From an uncultured Planctomycetaceae bacterium (GTDB lineage: Bacteria; Planctomycetota; Planctomycetia; Planctomycetales; Planctomycetaceae): a DNA stretch of 64,000 bases. Positions 41,714 through 51,201 of this stretch are shown here, in pieces (position 1 is the first letter of the stretch; each line of letters starts with the position of its first letter). The translations under genes were made by a program, and so were the position numbers. The notes beneath the pieces were generated by a model. That model saw only the letters and a list, made by a program, of their open reading frames with translations. It was not told the origin of the DNA and ran no database searches. The stretch covers positions 186,001-250,000 of the forward strand of contig CAXBME010000009.1 of the NCBI GenBank assembly GCA_963976765.1, read 5' to 3'.

Positions 41714-43309
41714 ATGACGAATCCAGAAGATCGACGCAGATTTCTTGCCCGCGGAGCCGCGGCGACAGGCCTGTTCGTTGCCGGTTCCGCAGCAGCGCAG
41801 GACACGGTTCCAAAGCAAAGTCCCCCAGCAACCAGATCGCCACACGCGGGACATGCTGCCCCGGGCGGCCATGCGGGACATACCGGCCACGTGATGGCAG
41901 CCAAATTTCCGCGCACTCAACCGGGAGTCGGCGGTCCGGTTGGCAGCCCGGAAGACCGCGGCCGACTCGTGCCCGGCCTGCGTGCGGCGGACCAACCTCC
42001 CGTTCCGATTCACGCTCCCGACCTGAAACGTCTGGATTGGAAACTGGTCGATGGCGTCAAGGAATTTCATCTGACGCCCGAACCGGTGCGGCGTGAACTG
42101 CTGCCGGGCTTCTGGATCGACACCTACGGTTTCAACGGGGACATGCCGGGGCCAACCATCGAGATCAATCAGGGAGATCGCGTTCGGATCATTGTCCAGA
42201 ACAGACTTCCCGAACCGACGTCCATGCACTGGCACGGACTGGAAGTCCCATTTGAAATGGATGGCGTCCCGCATCTGGTTCAGGACCTGATCCCTCCCGG
42301 CGGCAGGTTCGTCTACGAATTCACCGTCCATCAGGAAGGGACGTTCTTTTACCACTCGCACGTTGGCATGCAGGAAACGATGGGCATGGTCGGACTGTTC
42401 ATCGTGCATCCGCCAAAGGCTCATCAGCCGGTCGTGGATCGCGACTTCGCGCTGATCGCTCAGGAGTTCCAGATTCGCCCGAACTCCACCGTGCCCGACA
42501 CGCTGGCGATGGAGTGGAATTATCTCACGTTCAACGGTCGCTGCGGCCCGCTGACAACGCCGCTGCTTTGCAAACTGGGCGAACGAGTTCGTATCCGATT
42601 CGTCAATTTCAGTGTCATCGACCATCACCCGCTGCATCTGCACGGAGTGACGTTCTGGATCACGGGAACAGAGGGCGGACGCATGCCCGAACCATCGTGG
42701 TACCCCAGTAATAACGTGTTGGTCGGTGTCGCTCAGGTCCGTGAGATCGAGTTTATCGCGAACAATCCGGGCGACTGGATCATGCACTGTCACATGTTCC
42801 ACCACATGATGAACTCGATGACGTCGCAGGCCGGTCCGCTGGTCCGCCGCTACTCCACCCCCGAGCAGATGCGTGTCCGAGGTTATCCGCAGGTCATGCT
42901 CGGTATGGAAATGCCCGAGATGAAAAGCATGCCGGACATGAAAGACATGCCGGCCAGAGGGCCGGCGATGAAACACGACATGAAACACAACAAACCCGCC
43001 GATCCCATCCCGAACGGAAAAGCTGCACCACCATCTGGAGGCGGTCACGACCAGCACAAGACACAGCACGGAAATCACACGGAGGCCGCGCCCGATCCGG
43101 CCGCATCGTCAGGGCACGGAGATCACTACGGCATGGCGGCAATGTCCCGTGTGGAGGGCCGCCGGGAAGCAATCGGCATGCGTCCCGGCTGGTCAATGGG
43201 CGTTGAAGGACTGACCACCGTAGTTCGCATTCTGCCGCCAGAAACCTACAACAAAATCATGGGCAGCACCGGCCACGAAGGCCATCAGATGCACGACATG
43301 AAGAAGTGA
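41714..43309 (+). CDS. Tat-exported multicopper oxidase with Met/His-rich tail
   Basis: DRRRFL; HWHG, FYHSH, HPLHLHG, HCHMFHHMM. Confidence 0.92.
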   Translation: MTNPEDRRRFLARGAAATGLFVAGSAAAQDTVPKQSPPATRSPHAGHAAPGGHAGHTGHVMAAKFPRTQPGVGGPVGSPEDRGRLVPGLRAADQPPVPIHAPDLKRLDWKLVDGVKEFHLTPEPVRRELLPGFWIDTYGFNGDMPGPTIEINQGDRVRIIVQNRLPEPTSMHWHGLEVPFEMDGVPHLVQDLIPPGGRFVYEFTVHQEGTFFYHSHVGMQETMGMVGLFIVHPPKAHQPVVDRDFALIAQEFQIRPNSTVPDTLAMEWNYLTFNGRCGPLTTPLLCKLGERVRIRFVNFSVIDHHPLHLHGVTFWITGTEGGRMPEPSWYPSNNVLVGVAQVREIEFIANNPGDWIMHCHMFHHMMNSMTSQAGPLVRRYSTPEQMRVRGYPQVMLGMEMPEMKSMPDMKDMPARGPAMKHDMKHNKPADPIPNGKAAPPSGGGHDQHKTQHGNHTEAAPDPAASSGHGDHYGMAAMSRVEGRREAIGMRPGWSMGVEGLTTVVRILPPETYNKIMGSTGHEGHQMHDMKK

Positions 43310-43397
43310 GAAGCCAGAATCCCTGTAACGTCACAGCAGACCATCTCTAACTGCGACAACTGGACTGGCGGGTTTCGTGCTGCGGATCACAGTCGAT

Positions 43398-44195
43398 TCA
43401 GAGTACTTCTACGGTGTGACATTGGTATCCGCCTAACGGAATCGAATCCACAGCATCAACGTGGGTGACGGGGCGACTGAACAGGATGGTTCGGCCCAGC
43501 CTGACCGTCAGACAGAGCGGGATGAATCCGGCTCGTGTAATGCCGGTTTCGGAAGAATGATTGAATGGCGAGCAGTCGACGAAAACCGGCCGCGTGTGCA
43601 TGTTGATGTCTGGGTCACGTGACGTCGCGATGTGTTGCAGTGCCCATCGGTAGAGTCCCAGGCCCCGGTATTCATATCGGGTGAAGCAGCGTTCGATGAT
43701 GCCTGGCCGCATACCGTTCGATGTTTCGTCCGGAGCGTGCGCCATCCTCGATGGCATATCCCCGTCATCGCACAACCGGAACCAGCACACACTCGCCAGG
43801 TCGCCCTGGTCCGTGCGAACAATCAGACATCGTTGCCCGGCATCCAGTCGCGCCAGAAACGTCGACTCTTCGCCGTAACTCCGCAGAAAGTCCCGGTCCC
43901 GCGGCGTCAGGTCCTCTGGTCGACACGCGACCGCCGCTTCGAATCCACCCGAGAGGAAACCGGGAGAACGGCCTGCCGTACTGCTGAATGCGAACCGGCA
44001 GGATATCCGCAGGCCGCACCTCTCCCCCAGCACGACAAACACGAGATAGGAAAACGTCTTCCACAACCCCAGGCGTCGAAGTCGAGTCCGGAACCGCCGC
44101 AGGGCGGATGAGGATGAGTTCCCCAGACATTCTGTACGAGGCCGGGCTTCGCAGCCCTCATGGGGTGCAGTCGTCATCAAGGTATCAGTAGCCAT
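43398..44195 (-). CDS. GNAT-like acyltransferase
   Basis: Motif A CFTRYEYRGLGLY; N.S..GITRAGF. Confidence 0.6.
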   Translation of the reverse strand: MATDTLMTTAPHEGCEARPRTECLGNSSSSALRRFRTRLRRLGLWKTFSYLVFVVLGERCGLRISCRFAFSSTAGRSPGFLSGGFEAAVACRPEDLTPRDRDFLRSYGEESTFLARLDAGQRCLIVRTDQGDLASVCWFRLCDDGDMPSRMAHAPDETSNGMRPGIIERCFTRYEYRGLGLYRWALQHIATSRDPDINMHTRPVFVDCSPFNHSSETGITRAGFIPLCLTVRLGRTILFSRPVTHVDAVDSIPLGGYQCHTVEVL

Positions 44196-44734
44196 AGATC
44201 GTCAGTCCTTCATCAGCCAACCAGGCGAGTTCTGATACAGAGTCAGCAAAGAGGCCTGGCGCCCTGTGTCACACACGACACTGCGGTTGCCCTATACAGC
44301 GAAATCCAGAAAGCCATCTCCAGTCGGCGACGAACTCGGCAGTTTGATATCTCCCGCCTGCGATCTGCCCGCATCAATCCTCAACCGATCGAGCACCGCG
44401 CGAGATTCAAAAGGCGAGTTACAACCTGAGTCTACACCGTGGCCGAACAGTGCGAGGTGATAACGTGCTTCACATGACGGAGGAATCGAGCACGTCATTT
44501 GCCTGTGCCACGATGTCAGGTCGCTCGCGCCGGGAATCGCCCATCACGTCAGACAGCAGTGGGAATGCGAGCGACACCGCTCATTAAAGATCGCTCGAAG
44601 GGCGTTTTCGCCTCAACAGCAGGTCGCGTTTCTGGACGCCGTTTGACCAGGCGGAGCAGACCAACATCCACCGGAACGGCTTCCGTGCCAAGTGGGAGAG
44701 CATTGCGCAGCGGTACCACGCGACGCCGGAAGAC

Positions 44735-45820
44735 CTACAGGTCCAGGTCTGCACCGCTGAGGTACCAGCGCTGGACATCGAACAACTCCGGATCGGCGTC
44801 GCGAAGCGTCTCGGCATCTCCGTAGACGAAAGTCTGCGACCGTTCCGGACGAGACTTGAAGCCGAATCTCTGCAGCCGCTGTGCGATCAGGTCCGTGCCG
44901 AAATACATCCAGGTGATTGCTGTCGGGCGGCTCTCGTGCTTTCGCATGTGGCAGAGGAATTCGCTCAACACGCAATCCAGAGCCGCCGTGCCGTCGAACA
45001 TGACGTCGGCGACTTCGATACTCGAATTACCAAGAATCTCGAAGACGATGTAGCCAATGAGTTCTCCCTGCGCATCGGCCAACCAGAAGGTCTGAAAGGT
45101 CGACTCTTGGCCTCCGTAGAATCGCCACGTCAGGTACTCGGATGTCCGTTGTGTTGCGATAGGGAATCGCGAGCGAACTCGTTCCCAGAATCGGTCAAAA
45201 CGGGAATCGTAAGTGTGTTCGAAACCGACGGTCACTTCGGCTGACCGGCGAGAATATGTTTCCCGGGAACTCAGCAGCAGCCCGGCATCGACCAGTGGAG
45301 CCGCGACTTTGGTCAACGCCGTCGACCGCAACCGTTTTCGGAGTTGGGATTCTGACCTGAGTATTTTCACCCAGCGCTGTGCGGTCCCGACGGACTTGCA
45401 ACGCGTACGCCGCAAAAGAGCAATCGCGTCTTCCGTCACTCCCAGCAGGAGCGTTCTGTTACTTTCCTTGAGTGAACCAAGTAACGCGCGCTGCATCCGA
45501 ACGGCCGGCCCGGCAGTGCGATACTCACTGTCCACAGCGAGGTTTCCAATCTGCCCGATATTATGGACCTGCCCGCCAAGGTTCAGTCTCTGAGCGTGAA
45601 GCCCGAATGCACCGCGTATTGCGTCACCGTCCGGTCGGTAGACCCAAATCTTCGCGACTTCGTAGGGGTTGGTGAGGTAATTATCAAACCGCTTATGAGC
45701 ATCACCAAAAGCCCGGCACCAGACCGCTTCGATTTCTGCCCGGTCGCGGTTCATGTCCGCAATTTCGATTGTCTCGCCAGACACCGAGGGCGACGGTTTC
45801 TCTATGACAGCCTGCCTCAT
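44735..45820 (-). CDS. GNAT-family acyltransferase (two-domain)
   Basis: LAVDSEYRTAG, RTSEYLTWRF, C-terminal WYLSGADLD. Confidence 0.8.
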   Translation of the reverse strand: MRQAVIEKPSPSVSGETIEIADMNRDRAEIEAVWCRAFGDAHKRFDNYLTNPYEVAKIWVYRPDGDAIRGAFGLHAQRLNLGGQVHNIGQIGNLAVDSEYRTAGPAVRMQRALLGSLKESNRTLLLGVTEDAIALLRRTRCKSVGTAQRWVKILRSESQLRKRLRSTALTKVAAPLVDAGLLLSSRETYSRRSAEVTVGFEHTYDSRFDRFWERVRSRFPIATQRTSEYLTWRFYGGQESTFQTFWLADAQGELIGYIVFEILGNSSIEVADVMFDGTAALDCVLSEFLCHMRKHESRPTAITWMYFGTDLIAQRLQRFGFKSRPERSQTFVYGDAETLRDADPELFDVQRWYLSGADLDL

Positions 45821-45868
45821 TGCAGCGGTATCCTTAGCCAGATTGGTTTCACATTCGCAACTTCGGGC

Positions 45869-46864
45869 TCACGACTCCAACACGCGCTCGATCAGTTCCG
45901 GGGAGCGGTGCAGGTAGTTCGTCGCTTTTCGTTTCGAGGCGATGTCGCTGTAGACGAACTTCACCTGATCCACACTCAGGCCGATCCCGGCGGCAACGTC
46001 CTCGGCGTCGAAGCCGTGATTCAGACCGAACAGGCAGCAGTCGAGCTGGTCGTACGGAACACTGAAGAAGAATTCTTCCTGACTCTGCGGCAGTGAGTAC
46101 GTGTCAGTTGTCGGCGGACGCATCCGAATCACTTCGGGGACGTCGAGGTATTCAGCCAGTTGATAGACCTGTGTTTTATAGAGGTGTGCAATGGGCTTAA
46201 TGTCGGCAGCCCCGTCGCCCTGCTTGACGAAGAACCCCTGATCGTATTCGAGCCGGTTCGGAGTCCCGACGACGGCGTAGCGCAGCCGATCGGCGTGGTA
46301 GTATTCCATCATCTTGCGACAGCGCTGCTTGAAGTTCGTCGCGGCGACGATCGTCTGATACGCGTCGAGCGTCAGCCGGGCCTGCTTGCGTTCGCCGGCC
46401 GGCGACTGCACGACGACACTCGACAGACTGAACCGTTCTCCCTGCAGCAGAGGCGGCAGCACGAGTTTGCTTTTCCAGTCCGGTTGATATTCCGGGATGA
46501 CGCTCTGAATCGCGGCGTCCCGGCGTTGATAACAACCGGCTCCGTCCAGCATCGGCGTGATGTCTTCCGTTATGGAGTTCACCCCCAGCGAATCTGCCAG
46601 CAGTTCGCCCAGCGCAAGGCTGTCGTCTTCGGAGTCCCGCTCCGGCATCATGATCCCGAAGACCCGCTGTGGACCGAGCGCCCGCACCGCCAGGGCTGCA
46701 CACACGGTCGAGTCAATTCCGCCCGACAGGCCGAGCACCAGCCCTTTGCGTTTGAAGTCGACGGCGACAGTTTCACGCATCCAGTCGCAGATGCGATCGA
46801 CCTCGGCTGCAGCGTCAAGTTTCAGAAACTCACGTGAAAAAAAGGCGTGTGTCGCGACAGTCAT
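45869..46864 (-). CDS. nadE: NH3-dependent NAD+ synthetase-like protein
   Basis: LGLSGGIDS, NFKQRCR, GTPNRLE, FFVKQGDG, PIAHLYKTQVY; GGAG RBS. Confidence 0.85.
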   Translation of the reverse strand: MTVATHAFFSREFLKLDAAAEVDRICDWMRETVAVDFKRKGLVLGLSGGIDSTVCAALAVRALGPQRVFGIMMPERDSEDDSLALGELLADSLGVNSITEDITPMLDGAGCYQRRDAAIQSVIPEYQPDWKSKLVLPPLLQGERFSLSSVVVQSPAGERKQARLTLDAYQTIVAATNFKQRCRKMMEYYHADRLRYAVVGTPNRLEYDQGFFVKQGDGAADIKPIAHLYKTQVYQLAEYLDVPEVIRMRPPTTDTYSLPQSQEEFFFSVPYDQLDCCLFGLNHGFDAEDVAAGIGLSVDQVKFVYSDIASKRKATNYLHRSPELIERVLES

Positions 46865-46893
46865 TATTGTTGTCTCCAAATACACCTGGCGTT

Positions 46894-48432
46894 CTACACC
46901 AGGACTTTCTTATCAATTTTGCCATTGGCGGTTCTGGGCAGGGCATCCCGAAACTCGACCTGCTGCGGAACCATGAAATCTTCCAGGAACGAACGGCAGT
47001 GAGACTGCACGTCGCGAACACTCACCTCGGCGTCGGACTGCAGCCGCACAACGGCTCGCACGGCCTGGCCAAGAACTTCGTCTTCCACTCCGATGACTGC
47101 GGCTTCAGCGATCTGCGGATGCTGATGCAGCACGTCTTCGACCTCTCGGGGACTGACCTTCTCGCCGCGGCTTTTGATGATGTCGTCCTTGCGACCAACC
47201 CAGTAAAGAAAGCCGTCCTCGTCCGATCGGAACAGGTCGCCGGTTGAGAGCCACATTTCGTGTGGAATCCTGCCGGGCCTCAAACGCTGGGCTGTAAGTT
47301 CAGGTGCTTCCCAGTACCCCTTCATCACGTTCGAGCCACGCACGACCAGTTCGCCGAGTTCGTTCGGCCCGAGTTCGTTGCCGTCGTCGTCGAGGATCAT
47401 CGTTTCGCAGTTTGGCATCGCGATGCCCACGGAGTCGGTCCGCCGGTCGATTTCTTCCGGCGGCAGGTAGCTGACCCGCTTGCACTCGGTCAGACCGTAC
47501 ATCGAGTAGATCCCCACATCGGGCAGAAGTTTTCGCAGCGTGGTGATGTGCTCGACCGGGAATGCGGCTCCGGTGTTGCTGAAGTAACGCAGCTTCGACA
47601 GGTCGTACTTCTTCAGGTCCATCTGCAGCAGGATGGCCACGATGGTCGGCACGATCGGGAATCCGGTGACTCCAAGATTTACAATTCTTTCGAGAACTGC
47701 GTGCGGATAAGTGAACGACTTTTCGAGGACCAGTGTGCCGCCGAAGTTGCAGCACATCAGCCATTGATACAGTCCGTAGTCGAAGCTGAGTGGCAGGACA
47801 TTGAGCACAATATCGCCGGGAGTATTACACAGGTACGTTGTAATTGACCTGTTCGCCGCGACCATATTTGCATGAGCCAGCATCACACCTTTGGGGTTGC
47901 CTGTTGACCCTGAGGTATAAACCAGTGCGGCCAGGTCGACGTCGATGCAGCGCTTCGCGGGCGGTGTGACGTTGTCGCTGTGCTCGTCGACGAGATCACT
48001 CCAGCCCGTCAGGGGATGCATGCAGTCGGCAACGTCCTCCGGGGCACCAACGACAACGACATTTCGCAGATGCGGTGTCTCTGACCAGATGGACTCGCAG
48101 CTACGCAGCCGTTTGCTCTGTCCAATAATGCAGACAGCTCGCGAGTTATTGAGCAGATACGTCAGCTTGTCGGGCTTCGTCGTGGGATTGGCCATGACGA
48201 ACACTGCCCCGGCCTTGAGTACGGCCCACACACCGACTGCGGCCTCAACACAATTGTCGAGAAACAGCACGACGCGATCGCCACGCTGCACACCACGCGC
48301 GATCAGACCGTGGGCGAGTTGATTCGCTTCGGTTTCGATCTCGCGGTACGTGAGCTGGCGGTCGCCAACGATCAGCGCGACCTTGTCCGGAGTCCGCGCC
48401 GCCGTCTGTTCGAGAAACTCTTCAAGTTGCAT
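46894..48432 (-). CDS. Class I adenylate-forming enzyme (acyl/aminoacyl-ACP ligase)
   Basis: YTSGSTGNPKG, PLSFDYG, YGLTE, TGD, NGKIDK. Confidence 0.9.
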   Translation of the reverse strand: MQLEEFLEQTAARTPDKVALIVGDRQLTYREIETEANQLAHGLIARGVQRGDRVVLFLDNCVEAAVGVWAVLKAGAVFVMANPTTKPDKLTYLLNNSRAVCIIGQSKRLRSCESIWSETPHLRNVVVVGAPEDVADCMHPLTGWSDLVDEHSDNVTPPAKRCIDVDLAALVYTSGSTGNPKGVMLAHANMVAANRSITTYLCNTPGDIVLNVLPLSFDYGLYQWLMCCNFGGTLVLEKSFTYPHAVLERIVNLGVTGFPIVPTIVAILLQMDLKKYDLSKLRYFSNTGAAFPVEHITTLRKLLPDVGIYSMYGLTECKRVSYLPPEEIDRRTDSVGIAMPNCETMILDDDGNELGPNELGELVVRGSNVMKGYWEAPELTAQRLRPGRIPHEMWLSTGDLFRSDEDGFLYWVGRKDDIIKSRGEKVSPREVEDVLHQHPQIAEAAVIGVEDEVLGQAVRAVVRLQSDAEVSVRDVQSHCRSFLEDFMVPQQVEFRDALPRTANGKIDKKVLV

Positions 48433-48470
48433 GTGTTGTGTTCCATATTGGAAACCGAAGTCCGCCTGTA

Positions 48471-48525
48471 GTAGCCACGTTCGCCAGAGCGTGATCGGGC
48501 TCCACCGTCCGGCGACGGTGGCTAC
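48471..48525. repeat. GTAG-type REP doublet (REPIN-like)
   Basis: GTAGCCACGTTCGCCAGAGCGTG ... CCACCGTCCGGCGACGGTGGCTAC, an inverted pair in the ACP-ligase spacer. Confidence 0.65.
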
Positions 48526-48535
48526 GTTGTGATCC

Positions 48536-48793
48536 CTATTTGGCTTCTTCCACCTTGGCCTCAATGAAAGTGATCAGGCGGTTGATCGAGTCGAGGTTGT
48601 CCGGCACGAGTTCTTCGTCTTCGACTGTGACGTCGAACTTGTCCTCAATGAACGTGACCAGTTCGAGCACGCCGGTTGAGTCGATGAGACCTTCTTCCAG
48701 CAGCGAGTCATCGCCGTCCAGCGACACGTTGGTGCGGCCAAAGAGGAAGTTGTCGGTCACGAACTCACGAACGTCGTTTTCAATCGCGGGCAT
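48536..48793 (-). CDS. Acyl carrier protein
   Basis: Acidic 85 aa, GLIDSTGVLEL phosphopantetheine site. Confidence 0.92.
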   Translation of the reverse strand: MPAIENDVREFVTDNFLFGRTNVSLDGDDSLLEEGLIDSTGVLELVTFIEDKFDVTVEDEELVPDNLDSINRLITFIEAKVEEAK

Positions 48794-48826
48794 GTTGTTG
48801 TTCTTTCCTGATAGTAGATTGGTTAG

Positions 48827-50788
48827 TCACACGGGGACCGTGTCCGGCACATCGACCGGCCGTCCCTTTACAAACTGTTCCACAACAAGCTGAGTCGACA
48901 GCACGCCGACCAGCGCCATGTTGTCTTTCGTGCCGATCGCGGCTCCGCGGCGAGCCTTCTCCACCAGCTTGCTGACGACGCCCGGATCGAAAAGCCCAGC
49001 CTCTTCAATGGCAGACTGCGAGAGCATCGCGTCGACATATTCGAAGCGGGCCATTCCAGAGTCGGTGTCGAAGAAGCTGTGCGCATCCGGTGCCCGGTAC
49101 GGTTGCTTGGCACGCTGCCGGATCGAATCCGGGACGAGATGTTTCGTGGCGTTCTTGAGAATGTGTTTCTCGTCGAGGCCCGCCATCTTGAGTCGCGACG
49201 GCAGCTTTGCACCGAACTCGACCAGACGGTGATCGAGGAACGGGAACCGACCCTCGATGCTGTTGGCCATCGTCATGCGATCACCCTGCGACGACAGGAT
49301 GTAACCCGGCATCAGTCCGCGCGTTTCCAGGTACTGTGCCTGCTCGAAGGAATCCCATTGTCGAAACGCAGCCGGCAGTTGTGCCTCGGCCTCGGTCACA
49401 GGATCGTGGTCGAATGTGGCTGCGAGCACGTCTGGCGTGAAGAACGCTTTCAACTTGCCGGTCAGTTCGAATCGCGGCAGGTGCGAGAAGAACGGATTCC
49501 CAGTCGTTTCCGGCTTCACACCGAAGAACGCTCGCAGATACGCCGGTGGCTGCGACTGAATGTTTTTCATGTACGGGTACAGCCGCTGGAGCAGCAGCGG
49601 TCGCACCCGCGACTCCGGCAACCGAGACCAGAAACGACGTAGCTTCGCCTCTTTGAATATGTCGTAGCCGCCGAATGCCTCGTCCGCTCCTTCGCCGGTC
49701 AGGACCACCTTGATGCCCGCATCACGCACGAGTCTCGATAATAGAAACATCGGAGCCGGCGCCGTTCGCAGGATCGGCGTCTCGGTGTGACGAATGACCT
49801 GTGGGAAGATTCTGCCGATGTCGTCGTGCGAACAGCGGACCGTGTGATGCTCGGTGCCGAGCCGCCGGGCGACTTCCTGTTGAAAGGTGCTCTCGTCGAA
49901 CTCTGGATTCTCAAATTCGACGGAAAACGTGCTGAGTCGCTCGCGGTTTAGGTCTTTGGCCAGAGCGGAGGTGATCGATGAGTCGAGCCCGCCGGAGAGA
50001 TACGCTCCGACCGGTACATCGCTGCGCAGCCGCAGCCGCGTCGCATCTGTGAGCAGGTCGAGCAATTGGTCTTCGAGTTCGCGGGACGAGATATTGTCGA
50101 AGGTCTCAGAGAAGTCGACATCCCAATACCGGGACACCGTGATCTTGCCCTCTTGGACAGTCAGCGAGTGACTCGGCGGCAAAAGGTTGATGCCTTCAAA
50201 AATCGTCCTCGGAGACTGCGGTGACCAGAATGTGCAGAGCTGATCGAGACCCACCGGATCGATGGCTCTGCTGACGCCTGGATGTGCGAAGATCGCCTTC
50301 ACCTCGGAAGCGAACAGAAACGTCTGGCCGCTGGTGGTGTAATACAGTGGCCGGATTCCAAGCCGGTCGCGCGAGAGGAACAGCTTTTTCTGACTGGCGT
50401 CCTGGATCGCGAAAGCCCACTGGCCGTTGAGGTGTCTGACGCAGTCCTCGCCCCATTCGGCGTACGCCTGCATAACGACTTCGGTATCGGACGTCGTCGT
50501 GAATCTTCGGCCGCGGCCGATCAGTTCCTGCCGCAGCTCGATGTAATTGAAAATTTCGCCGTTGAACGTGATGACCAGGTCAGCGTTATGGTCTTTGAAC
50601 GTCATCGGCTGCACGCCGCCGGCGAGATCGATGATGCTCAACCGTGTATGGCCGAGGGCGACCGACCCGCGCAGTTCAACCCCGTGTGCATCCGGACCGC
50701 GGTGATCCAGCGTCGCGACCATGTCCTCGACCGCTTCCTGTCGCACGGGCTGCCCGTCGAGTCTCTGGATGCCTGCAATTCCACACAT
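48827..50788 (-). CDS. asnB: Asparagine synthase (glutamine-hydrolysing) family amidotransferase
   Basis: MCGIAG, HRGPD, RLSIID, FNGEIFN, LSGGLDSS, GEGADE, RFPFLDH. Confidence 0.93.
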   Translation of the reverse strand: MCGIAGIQRLDGQPVRQEAVEDMVATLDHRGPDAHGVELRGSVALGHTRLSIIDLAGGVQPMTFKDHNADLVITFNGEIFNYIELRQELIGRGRRFTTTSDTEVVMQAYAEWGEDCVRHLNGQWAFAIQDASQKKLFLSRDRLGIRPLYYTTSGQTFLFASEVKAIFAHPGVSRAIDPVGLDQLCTFWSPQSPRTIFEGINLLPPSHSLTVQEGKITVSRYWDVDFSETFDNISSRELEDQLLDLLTDATRLRLRSDVPVGAYLSGGLDSSITSALAKDLNRERLSTFSVEFENPEFDESTFQQEVARRLGTEHHTVRCSHDDIGRIFPQVIRHTETPILRTAPAPMFLLSRLVRDAGIKVVLTGEGADEAFGGYDIFKEAKLRRFWSRLPESRVRPLLLQRLYPYMKNIQSQPPAYLRAFFGVKPETTGNPFFSHLPRFELTGKLKAFFTPDVLAATFDHDPVTEAEAQLPAAFRQWDSFEQAQYLETRGLMPGYILSSQGDRMTMANSIEGRFPFLDHRLVEFGAKLPSRLKMAGLDEKHILKNATKHLVPDSIRQRAKQPYRAPDAHSFFDTDSGMARFEYVDAMLSQSAIEEAGLFDPGVVSKLVEKARRGAAIGTKDNMALVGVLSTQLVVEQFVKGRPVDVPDTVPV

Positions 50789-50999
50789 ATTCGATGCCCC
50801 AGTCCGACCTGAAAGCCTCGACAAACCGGAGGCCGCACAGAATTCGATTCACTCTCGACTGACTCTAGGTCGAGACGATCGAGCATGCAGACGCGATGCG
50901 GTGCAGGTGACCAGGAAATCGAAGACGAGGCCATCTGCGCGAAGATGCCGGATTGCGCACCCCGCAAATCGCCCATCCTCTGAACTGGAACTTTCAAAT

Positions 51000-51013
51000 G
51001 GGCGAAATCGCCC
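51000..51013. promoter_or_regulatory. Island palindrome
   Basis: aaatGGGCGAAATCGCCC between divergent asnB cluster and His-rich cytochrome. Confidence 0.65.
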
Positions 51014-51201
51014 CTTTCATACTTACGGACGGGCGATGCAGCCCTACGTCATGTTGGCGCTTCCGAGCGAGGCGAGACCAGGAAAACGTCGCGGTGTTTA
51101 CAATGACCGATGCCTTTGCGCATTGTTGTAAAGCGACCGGAGTGTTACGCCAGGACGTTCTACATCCGGCATTCTGTCGGTTTCGTTATTGGAGAGTTGA
51201 A

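Noticed and set aside
41348..43078. 576-aa - strand ORF
   Set aside because: Shadow of the multicopper oxidase.
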